36,608 bases of DNA, from the NCBI GenBank assembly GCA_030610785.1, contig JAUWRB010000002.1:1-36608 (forward strand), read 5' to 3'. The first letter of the stretch is position 1. Each line of letters opens with the position of its first letter. The notes beneath the pieces were generated by a model. It saw only the letters and a program-made list of their open reading frames with translations. It was not told where the DNA came from and made no database searches. The stretch comes from Promethearchaeota archaeon. GTDB lineage: Archaea; Asgardarchaeota; Lokiarchaeia; Sigyniarchaeales; SOKP01. Of this stretch, positions 16,976 to 26,470 are shown in pieces. The translations under genes and the position numbers were made by a program.

Positions 16976-18808
16976 TTATAGTTTTTCTCCTTTGATTTCT
17001 TCTTCATATTTTTTTCTTCTCTCAGTTAGATATTCTGGAATAGGTACATCCCACCATCCCACGGCGGGGCTACCTGTAAATGGAAACTCACGATTAACTA
17101 AAATTTCAATTACAGCAGGCTTTCCCGATTTAGCTGCTCGCTCTAATGCTGGGATTATTTCTTCTTTTTTAGAAATTTTTTCGGCATGACATCCAAATGC
17201 TTCTCCGATCTTAGCAAAATCAGGTGAGTATGTGTTTCCATCTTTATCTTCAAAAGAAGTACCGTAACCCCGGTCTTCTCCAAATGCCGCTTGTTGCAAG
17301 TCTTTAATAGCAATCCAGCCATGATTATTCAATATTATAAAAAAGATATTTTCTAATCCTAGCTGAACGGCAACTGATATTTCGGAGATCGTCATCATGA
17401 AATCACCATCTCCAGTGAGGGCAACAACTTGTCGATCATGTTTACCAATATCCATGCATCCTAATTTTGCACCAATTGCGGCTGGGACGCTATAGCCCAT
17501 AGTTGAGAAACCTCCCGCAGTAATACAGGTTTTTGGTTCATAGAACTCTAATTCTTGAAGCATTTGAGCTTGAACATTGCCAGAACTAGTAATGAATATT
17601 GCATCTCTATCGAAAAATTTTCTTACTTCTCGAATCACGGTTGAGATCATGACTGGGACTTTAGAATCGTCTCGATTTTCGTTTAAAAACTCAAACCAGT
17701 TTTTCTTCCCTTCTTGTATTTCTTTAAAATAATCGGTATTCTCGTAATCTTTAGAAAATCCATCTTCATTAAGTTTATCGATAATTTGATTCAAACAAGC
17801 TTTAGCATCGCCAATGATACCTATTGAAACGGGATAATTCTTGCCAATTTCGTGAGGATCTAAATCAATTTGAATGAGCTTTGTTGGTGGTATCGAAAAA
17901 CTAACGCCATCTTTATAGGAGGAGGCTGTCTCGTCAGCGAATCGGCAGCCAACGGCAAGAATTACGTCGGCTTTTGAAGTCATATTGAGTCCTATAATCG
18001 TTCCTTTGCTTCCAGCAGACCAACAGAATAGAGGATGATTATTGGGAAAGGAGGATTTCGACATCATAGTTACTACTACGGCAGCTCCAATTTTTTCAGC
18101 TAATTCTTTCACTTCTTTAAAAGCTTCGGCAGTTACCACACCACCACCTAAAAATAAAACAGGTCTTTTTGCCCCTTTAAGTAATTCAACAGCCTTCCTA
18201 ATCTGTTCAGGATCTCCGAAAGTTTTTCCAATTGACCTTCTTTCAATAGGTTCAGGTATTTCTACATCAATTGAATTCGCTTGCACATCCATTGGTAAGT
18301 CGATTACAACGGGTCCACGCCGTCCCGTCATCATTTGATTAAATGCACGCTGCATTATTGTAGGTAACTGTCCTACCGAGCTTACCTGCCAATTCCTTTT
18401 ACAAATAGGCTCAAGAATTCGTGGCATATCAGAATCTCTTTTTCGCTCAATTTCTTGAAGGACACCTTTACCTCGCATATGCGTGTGAGTGGCGCCATTT
18501 ATAACGAGTACGGGGAATGAATCCACATAAGCATCTGCTATACCAATTGCAGTATTTATTGCTCCCGGTCCTATTGAAGTAAGTACCATGAGTGGTTTAC
18601 CAGTTACTCTATAATAACCAATTGCGCAGTGCACACCTGCCATCTCTTGTTTTGGTTGGATAAATTGAATTTTATCCTTGTGACGAAAAAGAGCATCAGT
18701 TAAAGGCAAACACCCGTGTCCAGGGATTCCAAAAACATGTCTAACGCCTTCTTTAATTAAATATTTAACGATTATCTCGCCACCAGTATATTTTGCCATA
18801 ATTTTCAC
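16976..18808 (-). CDS. thiamine-diphosphate-dependent enzyme of the acetolactate synthase large-subunit / glyoxylate carboligase family
   Basis: N-terminal PYR domain with the catalytic Glu (PKQEMAGVHCAIGYYRVTGKP; TSIGPGAINT). The ThDP/Mg motif is GDGDFMM...(x)...NNHGW. It is 610 aa, and no small regulatory subunit gene is adjacent. Confidence 0.75.
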   Translation of the reverse strand: MKIMAKYTGGEIIVKYLIKEGVRHVFGIPGHGCLPLTDALFRHKDKIQFIQPKQEMAGVHCAIGYYRVTGKPLMVLTSIGPGAINTAIGIADAYVDSFPVLVINGATHTHMRGKGVLQEIERKRDSDMPRILEPICKRNWQVSSVGQLPTIMQRAFNQMMTGRRGPVVIDLPMDVQANSIDVEIPEPIERRSIGKTFGDPEQIRKAVELLKGAKRPVLFLGGGVVTAEAFKEVKELAEKIGAAVVVTMMSKSSFPNNHPLFCWSAGSKGTIIGLNMTSKADVILAVGCRFADETASSYKDGVSFSIPPTKLIQIDLDPHEIGKNYPVSIGIIGDAKACLNQIIDKLNEDGFSKDYENTDYFKEIQEGKKNWFEFLNENRDDSKVPVMISTVIREVRKFFDRDAIFITSSGNVQAQMLQELEFYEPKTCITAGGFSTMGYSVPAAIGAKLGCMDIGKHDRQVVALTGDGDFMMTISEISVAVQLGLENIFFIILNNHGWIAIKDLQQAAFGEDRGYGTSFEDKDGNTYSPDFAKIGEAFGCHAEKISKKEEIIPALERAAKSGKPAVIEILVNREFPFTGSPAVGWWDVPIPEYLTERRKKYEEEIKGEKL

Positions 18809-18983
18809 TTAAAAATTAGATATGAACATTATTATTATTTAATAATTAAAAGAAGAAAAATTATAATTTTAATTTATGTAGAGTGCCTTTTATGTTATCA
18901 TTTTTAGTCAAAGGAGTTTAAATATGCCTTTCAATACCAAGACATTTTGTTTAATACCAAATAATTAATTATTGGATATTGGA

Positions 18984-19190
18984 TTAAAAAGATTTTTCCG
19001 TTTTTAAAAAATCTATAGTTTCCTTTTTCGCGTCTGAAAGGCTCCCATTTTGAATTAATTTATAGATTTCCATTAATTTTTTATTAATTTCTTGTCGCTT
19101 TTTTCTTATTTCTTCGTTGGATATGGGTTTAATCTCGCCGCTTTTTATCTTGGCTCGTAATTCATCGTAATTTAGTCTTTCCTTAAACAT
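18984..19190 (-). CDS. hypothetical small charged/coiled-coil protein
   Basis: ORF only, with a Lys/Glu-rich helical composition and no recognisable motif. Confidence 0.3.
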   Translation of the reverse strand: MFKERLNYDELRAKIKSGEIKPISNEEIRKKRQEINKKLMEIYKLIQNGSLSDAKKETIDFLKTEKSF

Positions 19191-19331
19191 TTCTAAATGC
19201 GCTCGAAATAATTCTTTATTTAATTTTTTTTTTTTTTAATAATATAATATAAAAAAATTAAGCGTTTTTAAATTTCTAATGGTTGAAATTTATTTTGCTT
19301 AAATCAAATTTAGCCAATTTCTTCAAAAAAG

Positions 19332-20108
19332 TTAGGTGATTTTGGCAAAAAATTTTTTTGCTTCTTGATACGCAGGATTATCGTCAGGTAAATCCAATAA
19401 ATTTGTTCCAAATAGGTTATATTTACTAATCTCTTCGTCGTTTCCAATAAAACCTAAAATTTTGACTTTATCATTATTAAGCGCTTCGACTTCTTTTTCC
19501 AGGAGCTCCTTTAAGTTATCAGGAAATCTATTACCTAAGACCCATATATTTTCAAATTGTAGGGTTAATTCGGCGGTTATTTCGACAATTCTTTTCATTG
19601 AATGAAAGCCCATTTTACTAGGATCAGAAACAATTACGAGATCTGAAACGTTCCGACCTGTTTTTCTTGCAAAATGTTCTAGACCTGCTGGTGAATCCAA
19701 CAATGTAATGTCGTAATTCTTTGAAAGCGTGTCTATGACATTTTTAAGCACGCTATTAATAAAGCAATAGCAACCCTCGCCTTCAGATCGACCCATTTCT
19801 AAGAGGTCAAATTCATCATTCTCAATTAAGCACTTATAGAGGTCTCCCTCTATTATCTGATTTTTAGGTACATCAAGAGGCATTTTACGACTTTGTATTT
19901 TTTCTTTTAAGACTCGCATCATCCCTCCGATGGTTTGACTAAAACTGACTTCATTACCAATAATATCACCGATATTAGCATCTGGATCAGAATCGATTAC
20001 GAGAAGGTTTAATCCTTTTTTCGTTTCAATAATGTACTTTAAAAGTAAAACTAGCAAGGTCGATTTGCCGACTCCGCCTTTTCCGGAGAATGCGATGATT
20101 TTTTTCAC
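19332..20108 (-). CDS. cooC: CooC-family P-loop NTPase (Ni-insertion accessory protein type, MinD/ParA superfamily)
   Basis: Deviant Walker A FSGKGGVGKST, plus the CooC-specific C-x-C metal site in RSEGEGCYCFINSVL. Confidence 0.75.
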   Translation of the reverse strand: MKKIIAFSGKGGVGKSTLLVLLLKYIIETKKGLNLLVIDSDPDANIGDIIGNEVSFSQTIGGMMRVLKEKIQSRKMPLDVPKNQIIEGDLYKCLIENDEFDLLEMGRSEGEGCYCFINSVLKNVIDTLSKNYDITLLDSPAGLEHFARKTGRNVSDLVIVSDPSKMGFHSMKRIVEITAELTLQFENIWVLGNRFPDNLKELLEKEVEALNNDKVKILGFIGNDEEISKYNLFGTNLLDLPDDNPAYQEAKKFFAKIT

Positions 20109-20263
20109 GATTTTCTCAGCTTTTTTTGTTTTATTTCTTTAATTTAATGAAATGGAGTTATATTTAAAAATCTTTTATTTATGTTTTATAAATGCAAGAA
20201 GTTTCCTATAAATGAGATAGACTTTTTAAACAAATACTATAATAATTAAGAAATTTACATGCG

Positions 20264-21079
20264 TTATTTTTTTTGTTGTTGACGATACATCGGAACGATT
20301 TTTGAGGTGAATTCTTCAAGTGTGTAAGGGAATTCGTCCTCACTTGAAATCTTCCCTAATTCAAGCATTATTTTTCTTGCCAGAAGCCAAAACGCTAACC
20401 CTAGCGCTTTTTTACCACGATTATTTGCGGGAATTGCCAAATCAATACCAGTGAGTGTATCATCTGTATCAAATAAAGAGACTACAGGAATTCGAGCTAG
20501 TTTTGCTTCCAGTAAAATAACTTTGTCGGCATGTGGGTCAACAATTACGACTACTGATGCATCTTTTATGTAAGTCCCTATGATAGGGTTAGTTAAAGAG
20601 CCGGGAATGAATCGTGTTGTAATTGCTCTACATCCCAATGCTTTACAAAATTGTTTAACCGGTTCCTTGCCATATCGTCTAACTGAACAGACAATCACCC
20701 GATCGCTTCCTTCTTCAATGTATTTACTTAAAAATGTCGCAGCAATTTTAAGTCGTTTGTCTGTCTGAGTTAAATCAATAACATATAATCCATAATTAGT
20801 TTGTCTGTAAACAAACCTTCGAGCATCCCCCGAAAGAAGTTTTGTACCAATATGGATACCACAGCTCAAATAAAGTTGTTTTTGTTCTTCAGCCTTATCG
20901 ATTATTACTTCTTTTTTTTCAATTTCTGCATCTAAATTATCTGTATCAAGAAGATTTAATTCTTCTTCTAAGTCTAAATCATCTTTAAAATCCTCTACGA
21001 AATCATTATCTAAGTCGTTTGAATTATTGGTTTCAATTTCTGTTTCTGTTTCTTCTTTTTGTTTTTTTTTTATAGGCAA
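20264..21079 (-). CDS. rps2: 30S ribosomal protein uS2 with an acidic N-terminal extension of about 60 aa
   Basis: The core from LYLSCGIHIGT through YGLYVIDL and IPVVSLFDTD to GLAFWLLAR is typical archaeal uS2. The only in-frame ATG/GTG/TTG upstream of the core is the TTG at 21077-21079, checked codon by codon. Confidence 0.85.
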   Translation of the reverse strand: MPIKKKQKEETETEIETNNSNDLDNDFVEDFKDDLDLEEELNLLDTDNLDAEIEKKEVIIDKAEEQKQLYLSCGIHIGTKLLSGDARRFVYRQTNYGLYVIDLTQTDKRLKIAATFLSKYIEEGSDRVIVCSVRRYGKEPVKQFCKALGCRAITTRFIPGSLTNPIIGTYIKDASVVVIVDPHADKVILLEAKLARIPVVSLFDTDDTLTGIDLAIPANNRGKKALGLAFWLLARKIMLELGKISSEDEFPYTLEEFTSKIVPMYRQQQKK

Positions 21080-21238
21080 GATAAAAAAAAAAATGCGTAA
21101 AAATTTTAATATTTTATTATCCTAATCTTTTTAAATTGATTTATTTCTAATAACGAGAACTTTTTATTTTCTCTCTCTGGTCAAGTATTTAATAAAAAAA
21201 AAATTATAATATAATATTAAAATTAATTCAATAAATGT

Positions 21239-21730
21239 TTGACTTTGGCTAGATTAGTAATAGGAATCATTGTGGGCATAGTTCTAAGTTTTTTTAGCGT
21301 TTCTTTTTTTAACATGTGGGAAACATATTTTCAATTTCTAGTATATGCAAATTATGATATTTTAAGAGCCATTACTTTATTAATTGGGAGTAATTTTGAG
21401 TTTGATATCATTTCTTTTTTTGCGTCAGGAACTTTCACTATCAATGGATTGTTTGCGCCCCAGCTTTTAGCGTGGATTTTTGTAGGATTCATATCAGGAA
21501 CAATCGCTAAGGGTTTAAAAAGAGGGGTAATGGCGAGCTTGTTAGTAGTTGTCGTGGATCTATTAATCTGGATTTTAATGAGCATATTTTCTGGCGAAGA
21601 TTTAATGTCCTTATTCCAAGGAGCTCAGTTGATTGCCACCATAGGCGGAATATTAAGCGCTCTTATGGGTGGGTTTTTAGGCGGTTTAGCCGGGGGATAT
21701 CTCTCGGGACCTTACGAAGAATTCTACTAA
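21239..21730 (+). CDS. hypothetical integral membrane protein with Gly-zipper-like C-terminus
   Basis: TTG start, four or more hydrophobic helices, and GGILSALMGGFLGGLAGGYLSG at the C-terminus. No family was recognised. Confidence 0.45.
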   Translation: MTLARLVIGIIVGIVLSFFSVSFFNMWETYFQFLVYANYDILRAITLLIGSNFEFDIISFFASGTFTINGLFAPQLLAWIFVGFISGTIAKGLKRGVMASLLVVVVDLLIWILMSIFSGEDLMSLFQGAQLIATIGGILSALMGGFLGGLAGGYLSGPYEEFY

Positions 21731-21888
21731 GTTTTGCGTCCAAAAAAAATATTTCCATTTTCTTTCTTTTAATGAAATTAGCATGAGAAAGACGATTTGC
21801 TCTCGTGGATTTTTTTTCTTTTTTCTCATGAATAGTAAGATCATGAATAACTTAAACCTTAAAGTAAATTATTAATTTAAAAATTATA

Positions 21889-22440
21889 ATGGAAAATGAA
21901 GAAGTAATTTTACCGGATAGAGAAGACGCTATTCACTTATTAAAAGAATTAAAAGTTCCATTTCAAATCAGGAAACATAGTTTAAAAGTAGCTGAAAAGG
22001 CATTAGAAATTGCAAATAAAATTAAAAAGATTGAAGTTAATAAGGATTTGGTGGAAATAGGGGCAATTTTTCATGATATAGGAAGGGCAGAAACTCATGG
22101 TTTCGATCACGGCATTGTAGGCGGTAGAATTCTTAAAAATAGAGGATTTCCGAATTGTCTTGTTAGAATTTGCCAGACGCACGTTTTAGGTGGATTTGAT
22201 AGAGAAGATGCTAAAAAATATATAAAAGACGTTCAATTAACGAAGGATAATAAGTTTCTTCCATCCACATGGGAAGAAAAAATTGTATGTTTATCAGATA
22301 AGTATTTAAAAGGAATTAAAGAGGTTTCTTTAGAAAATAGATTTGAAATTTGGTTTAAAAAATATGGAAAGAGTGAAATATTGTTAAAATCAAAAAAGAG
22401 AGTCGTTCAAATCCAAAAAGAAATCGAATCTTTAATGTGA
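21889..22440 (+). CDS. HD/HDIG-domain metal-dependent phosphohydrolase
   Basis: H...HDIGR motif (AIFHDIGRAETHG) and a later conserved His (CQTHVLGG), at about 180 aa. Confidence 0.7.
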   Translation: MENEEVILPDREDAIHLLKELKVPFQIRKHSLKVAEKALEIANKIKKIEVNKDLVEIGAIFHDIGRAETHGFDHGIVGGRILKNRGFPNCLVRICQTHVLGGFDREDAKKYIKDVQLTKDNKFLPSTWEEKIVCLSDKYLKGIKEVSLENRFEIWFKKYGKSEILLKSKKRVVQIQKEIESLM

Positions 22441-22445
22441 TCTAT

Positions 22446-22955
22446 TTATCCTGCTAATTTCTTTTTTAATTGGTTTAAAATGCCACCTTCTTCTAAGATA
22501 TTCCTTAAGAATTTTGGTAATTTTTCAAATTTAACGGTGATATCTTTGCTTTTATTAAGTATGATACCTTCCTGAAGTGAAATTTCTAATATATCTTCTT
22601 TCGAAAATTGATGTGAATTCCAATCTAGAGTAATTCCTGGAATTCCAAGATTTATTAAATTTCTAAAATAAATTCTCGCGAAAGATTTGGCAATAATCGC
22701 TTTTATTCCAAGAATCTTAAAAACATTAACAGCCTCCTCCCTTGAACTTCCAGTTCCGAAATTCTCACCAGCAAGGATGATATTTCCTCTATCAATATTC
22801 TTTACAAAAGTAGGGTCAATAAATTCAAGCGTATATTTTACCATTTCATGAGGATCTCTCATTGTTAAAACATGACTTGGTACGATATCGTCAGTGTTTA
22901 TGTCATCCCCTAAGATATAAACACGACCCTCGACTTTATCCATTTTACCTTTCAA
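22446..22955 (-). CDS. leuD: 3-isopropylmalate dehydratase small subunit (LeuD; homoaconitase small subunit not excluded)
   Basis: YILGDDINTDDIVPS and GENFGTGSSREEA. It shows a 4-nt ATGA overlap with the upstream large-subunit gene. Confidence 0.8.
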   Translation of the reverse strand: MKGKMDKVEGRVYILGDDINTDDIVPSHVLTMRDPHEMVKYTLEFIDPTFVKNIDRGNIILAGENFGTGSSREEAVNVFKILGIKAIIAKSFARIYFRNLINLGIPGITLDWNSHQFSKEDILEISLQEGIILNKSKDITVKFEKLPKFLRNILEEGGILNQLKKKLAG

Positions 22956-24214
22956 TGCCGAACCTCTCTAGGGTCTGTAATTTTACCTTTCAATGCCGAA
23001 GCGGCTACTGTTGCTGGCGAGGCTAAATATACTTGGGAGCTGGCTGCACCCATGCGTCCCTTAAAATTTCGATTTGTACTACTTATGCAGACTTCCTCTT
23101 CACCTAATACACCTAAATGACCACCGATACAAGCACCGCAAGTAGGATTTGTAACAACTCCACCAACTTTGATAAATATTTCAATTAATCCTTCTTTTAA
23201 AGCTTCTTTATAGATTTCTTTTGATGCAGGAGTTATGATCAATCTGGTATAAGGATGAACTTTTTTTCCGTCTAATATTTTAGCGGCAATTCGCAGATCT
23301 TCCATTCTACCATTTGTACAACTCCCAAGAAAAGCTTGGTCTATTTCTATACCTTCAACTTCTTCTATTTTAGCGGTATTTCCTGGACTAGATGGTTTTG
23401 CAACCACAGGAGTAATTTCAGATAAATCGTATTCGATGGTTTTTTCGTAAAAAGCGTTGTTATCAGGTATCACGAATTTATAACGCTCCTTAGTTCTTCC
23501 CATTAACCATTCTTTCATTTTTTTATCTGGCAAAAAAACTCCAAATTTTGCTCCTGCTTCAACAACCATGTTGGAAATAGTCATTCGACCGTCAATTGAT
23601 AAGGATTCTGCGCCACTTCCATGAAATTCTAAAGATTTATATATCGCCCCTTTAGTAGAGAGATCTCCTATAAGTGTTAAAATGAAATCTTTTGACATTA
23701 CTCCTTTATTTAATTCTCCTGATATACTGATTTTATATGATTCAGGCACTTTTAGCCACAATTTACCTGTTGCAAAAACAACAGAAACATCAGTAGCACC
23801 AATACCAGTAGATAAGCAATTAAATGTCCCATAAGTTGTCGTATGACTATCTGATCCAACAATCAGCATGCCTGGTCTTGCAAAACCCATTTCGGGTAGG
23901 ACTTGATGACATATACCTTTATCAATTCCTATATTATGAACAAATTTATATTTTTTTGCAAAAGCTCGACAATCTTGGTGCATTTGAGCCGCATTAATAG
24001 TGGGAGCCGGAACCCAGTGATCTAAAATAAAAAATATCTTCTTAGGATCCCAAACATGATCAATTGCGAGTTTTTCATATTCTTCATGAATTCTTCCACC
24101 CAATTGTTCATGAACCATGATTAAATCAATATTACAGTCAACAAATTCACTTGGAGATATTCTTTCCTGTTCAGAATGTTCTTTTAGAATTTTTTCCGCA
24201 ATTGTATAATTCAT
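22952..24214 (-). CDS. leuC: 3-isopropylmalate dehydratase large subunit (LeuC; aconitase superfamily, homoaconitase not excluded)
   Basis: GSDSHTTTYG, GSCTNGR and NPTCGACIG (Fe-S cluster cysteines), at 420 aa. Confidence 0.85.
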   Translation of the reverse strand: MNYTIAEKILKEHSEQERISPSEFVDCNIDLIMVHEQLGGRIHEEYEKLAIDHVWDPKKIFFILDHWVPAPTINAAQMHQDCRAFAKKYKFVHNIGIDKGICHQVLPEMGFARPGMLIVGSDSHTTTYGTFNCLSTGIGATDVSVVFATGKLWLKVPESYKISISGELNKGVMSKDFILTLIGDLSTKGAIYKSLEFHGSGAESLSIDGRMTISNMVVEAGAKFGVFLPDKKMKEWLMGRTKERYKFVIPDNNAFYEKTIEYDLSEITPVVAKPSSPGNTAKIEEVEGIEIDQAFLGSCTNGRMEDLRIAAKILDGKKVHPYTRLIITPASKEIYKEALKEGLIEIFIKVGGVVTNPTCGACIGGHLGVLGEEEVCISSTNRNFKGRMGAASSQVYLASPATVAASALKGKITDPREVRH

Positions 24215-25506
24215 TTTTCTTCACTTATAATTTCATGACTTTTACATAGTTCATCAAAATTATTATCCAACAATAAAACAGCTCTTTTTATTATTAAACA
24301 AGCATCTCTTAAGACTTTTGGATCCACCTTGTCTGGAGTATCATTTTCATTATGTGTCCATAATGCTGCTGCTCGAGTGGTAATATCGACAGCTGAATAT
24401 CCCCTAAGATGAAATGGAACAGAATCTAGATGTGCACCTGTTGTTAAGTGAAAACCGTGAATTTGAATGTTTTCTTTTTTTGCGGCTTCATCTAAATATT
24501 CACTAAGAACGGGAGCTAATTTTTTCCGTGGTAAAATGCCAAACGATTTTAAATACTCAACTCTATTCTTATTAATAGAATGTTTCGCTGAAGAAACCAT
24601 ATCTAAGTTGATTTGAAATATTTTACCCTTTATAAATTGGTTTTCATGGTTGTTTACAAATACCCTCGAACCCATTGTTCCTAATTCTTCAGCTGAAAAT
24701 TGACAGAACCACATGTTAAAATTATTTAAAGGATTATCCTTGAAATGCGAGCTTAATTCAAATACAATAGCCATTCCTGAAGCATTATCTAACGCTCCAG
24801 GCGATTTATTATGGGTATTTAAGAACAACAACATTATATTTGATGCTGAAATTAAAATAGTTGTTGTCCATATTCCGATTCCTATTATTCGGATATCTAC
24901 TTCTACAATCGTAAAGACATTAATAAAAAATATTATAAAAAATCCACTTAATATAATTCCGGAGAATAACCAAATTCTATAAATGACTATTCTCCAACAT
25001 GTCTTCAATGATTGGGATTTAGAATCAAGGTGAGCTGAAATTACAATATTTCCTAGAATTTCACTTTTCAATAATTTTGCTGGGAGTTTAACAAAAACAT
25101 TTGTAGCCGAAATTGTATCACCATAATATTTTCCCCAAAAACCAGGATACTCGGGATGCTTCAGCCCTCGAATTATCAATAAAACGATTACAACCATAAT
25201 ACCTATTATTATAATTATAATAAATGGATAAATATAAGCAAATAATATGAGAACTAAAGAAAACGTCAAGTTCAAGATCATTATTAGTTTGATTAATGTA
25301 GTTGAATAAAAATCTGAAAATTCGAAAGGCTCTCTTTCTATTTGGTCTTCCTTAAACCCAATGTCTTTAAAAATTTTAACAGCAAGTTCTACAGCTTTCT
25401 TTTCGCCTTCAGTTCCAGCAAGTCGAGGAAAGCTAAAATTTTTAACATGATTATATATCCTTTCTTTATTAAAAAGCTGTTTCTGAATACCGCGATTATT
25501 CTCCAA
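24211..25506 (-). CDS. M28-family metallopeptidase with two membrane-hairpin insertions
   Basis: All M28 metal and catalytic positions are visible: AHLDS, GALDNASG, SAEELG, NLDMV and WTHNENDT. Two long hydrophobic stretches (about residues 68-113 and 166-233) interrupt the domain. It overlaps leuC by 4 nt. Confidence 0.7.
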   Translation of the reverse strand: MENNRGIQKQLFNKERIYNHVKNFSFPRLAGTEGEKKAVELAVKIFKDIGFKEDQIEREPFEFSDFYSTTLIKLIMILNLTFSLVLILFAYIYPFIIIIIIGIMVVIVLLIIRGLKHPEYPGFWGKYYGDTISATNVFVKLPAKLLKSEILGNIVISAHLDSKSQSLKTCWRIVIYRIWLFSGIILSGFFIIFFINVFTIVEVDIRIIGIGIWTTTILISASNIMLLFLNTHNKSPGALDNASGMAIVFELSSHFKDNPLNNFNMWFCQFSAEELGTMGSRVFVNNHENQFIKGKIFQINLDMVSSAKHSINKNRVEYLKSFGILPRKKLAPVLSEYLDEAAKKENIQIHGFHLTTGAHLDSVPFHLRGYSAVDITTRAAALWTHNENDTPDKVDPKVLRDACLIIKRAVLLLDNNFDELCKSHEIISEEK

Positions 25507-25589
25507 TTTTTACCAAAACTTGGTTATAATTTTATTAGATTTACAAAAAACTTATTTTTAAAACAAAAACTCATGTTTTATTTATTAAT

Positions 25590-26204
25590 TTAATTTTTAA
25601 AAAGAAATCCTCGAGATTTTAATGGGTCTACGATTAATCTTTGAATTTTTTGCTGCACGAATTCTATGATATCGTCTGAACTAACTACATGATAACTTTC
25701 TTGCTTAGCACGAGCGAGATAAAGGTTCCTTACTTTACTTAAAAAGGAAGTGTTTTCAAACTTTTCTAAATCTTCATTCGTTTTTCTTGCTAATGAGATT
25801 TTAGGATCAATATCTAAAATTATTGTTACATCAGGCCATCCTATAAACTTATTTATATTTTTTACCCATTCAATAGAAATATCATCGGATTGAGTAGATT
25901 GATACACTATGGACGATTCGATATATCGATCGGATATGACTATATAGCCTTCATCTAATTTTTTCTTGATGTCGTTATTATAGTGAATGTTTCTGTCTGC
26001 AGCGAATAATAATGCGTCAGTAATAGGAGGAATATCCTTATTTTTTAAAAACTTTCTTAATAAAATCCCAATCTCACTGTTTGAAGGTTCTTGTGTTAAA
26101 TACACCTTAAAACCTTCATTTTCCAAAAATCCAGTAAGGAGACGACTGTGTGTAGTTGTACCTGAACCATCTATACCATCAATAACTATGAAAAAATTCA
26201 CCAT
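25590..26204 (-). CDS. tmk: thymidylate (dTMP) kinase
   Basis: P-loop IDGIDGSGTTT and the DRYIESSIVYQ motif, at 204 aa. Confidence 0.85.
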   Translation of the reverse strand: MVNFFIVIDGIDGSGTTTHSRLLTGFLENEGFKVYLTQEPSNSEIGILLRKFLKNKDIPPITDALLFAADRNIHYNNDIKKKLDEGYIVISDRYIESSIVYQSTQSDDISIEWVKNINKFIGWPDVTIILDIDPKISLARKTNEDLEKFENTSFLSKVRNLYLARAKQESYHVVSSDDIIEFVQQKIQRLIVDPLKSRGFLFKN

Positions 26205-26327
26205 TTCTCGGTTTTTCTCATTTTTTTATTCGTTTTTATATGATATAATTTATTCAATAATAGTTTATTAATTATACAAAATTTATTGCTAATTTTGCCA
26301 TAAAAAAATCAATATAGATGTTAAAAT

Positions 26328-26359
26328 TTATTATTATTATTATTATTAGGTTATTATTA
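26328..26359. repeat. (TTA)7 GG (TTA)3 microsatellite in an intergenic spacer
   Basis: Read directly: seven uninterrupted TTA units at 26328-26348, then GG, then TTATTATTA. Confidence 0.7.
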
Positions 26360-26470
26360 GGAAGTTTTTCTCGAAGAAAGAAGCATAAAAATATATATTA
26401 AGATCAATAACCATACTCTTAAGAGTTATTACGTTCTAAAAAAAATATCATTATTAAGAGAAAATCAATC

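Noticed and set aside
7948-18808. An inositol catabolism (iol) interpretation, with the Gfo/Idh/MocA proteins as IolG/IolW and the 610-aa TPP enzyme as IolD.
   Set aside because: The TPP enzyme N-terminus aligns better by eye with the acetolactate synthase/glyoxylate carboligase layout than with IolD. It is separated from the oxidoreductases by 6 kb of unrelated genes. No IolE, IolB or IolC-like genes are present.
19224-19237. A T14 run that looks like an archaeal terminator.
   Set aside because: Both flanking genes are on the minus strand, where this reads as A14 and lies upstream of the 18984-19190 ORF. It therefore cannot terminate them and is probably just spacer or promoter-region composition.
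21782-21830. A 9-bp inverted repeat (CATGAGAAA ... TTTCTCATG) with a ~31-nt loop and embedded T-runs, downstream of the membrane protein gene. It also contains a ~30-codon ORF starting MRKTICSRGFFFFF.
   Set aside because: The stem is short and the loop large. The mini-ORF is low complexity. At most, the T8/T6 tracts (21810-21824) may act as an oligo-T terminator. That is not enough to call an RNA or a gene.
26328-26359. The (TTA)7 GG (TTA)3 microsatellite as a phase-variation switch.
   Set aside because: It lies more than 110 nt upstream of the next start codon in a 266-nt AT-rich spacer, and in this genome composition such repeats are expected. There is no evidence for a contingency role.
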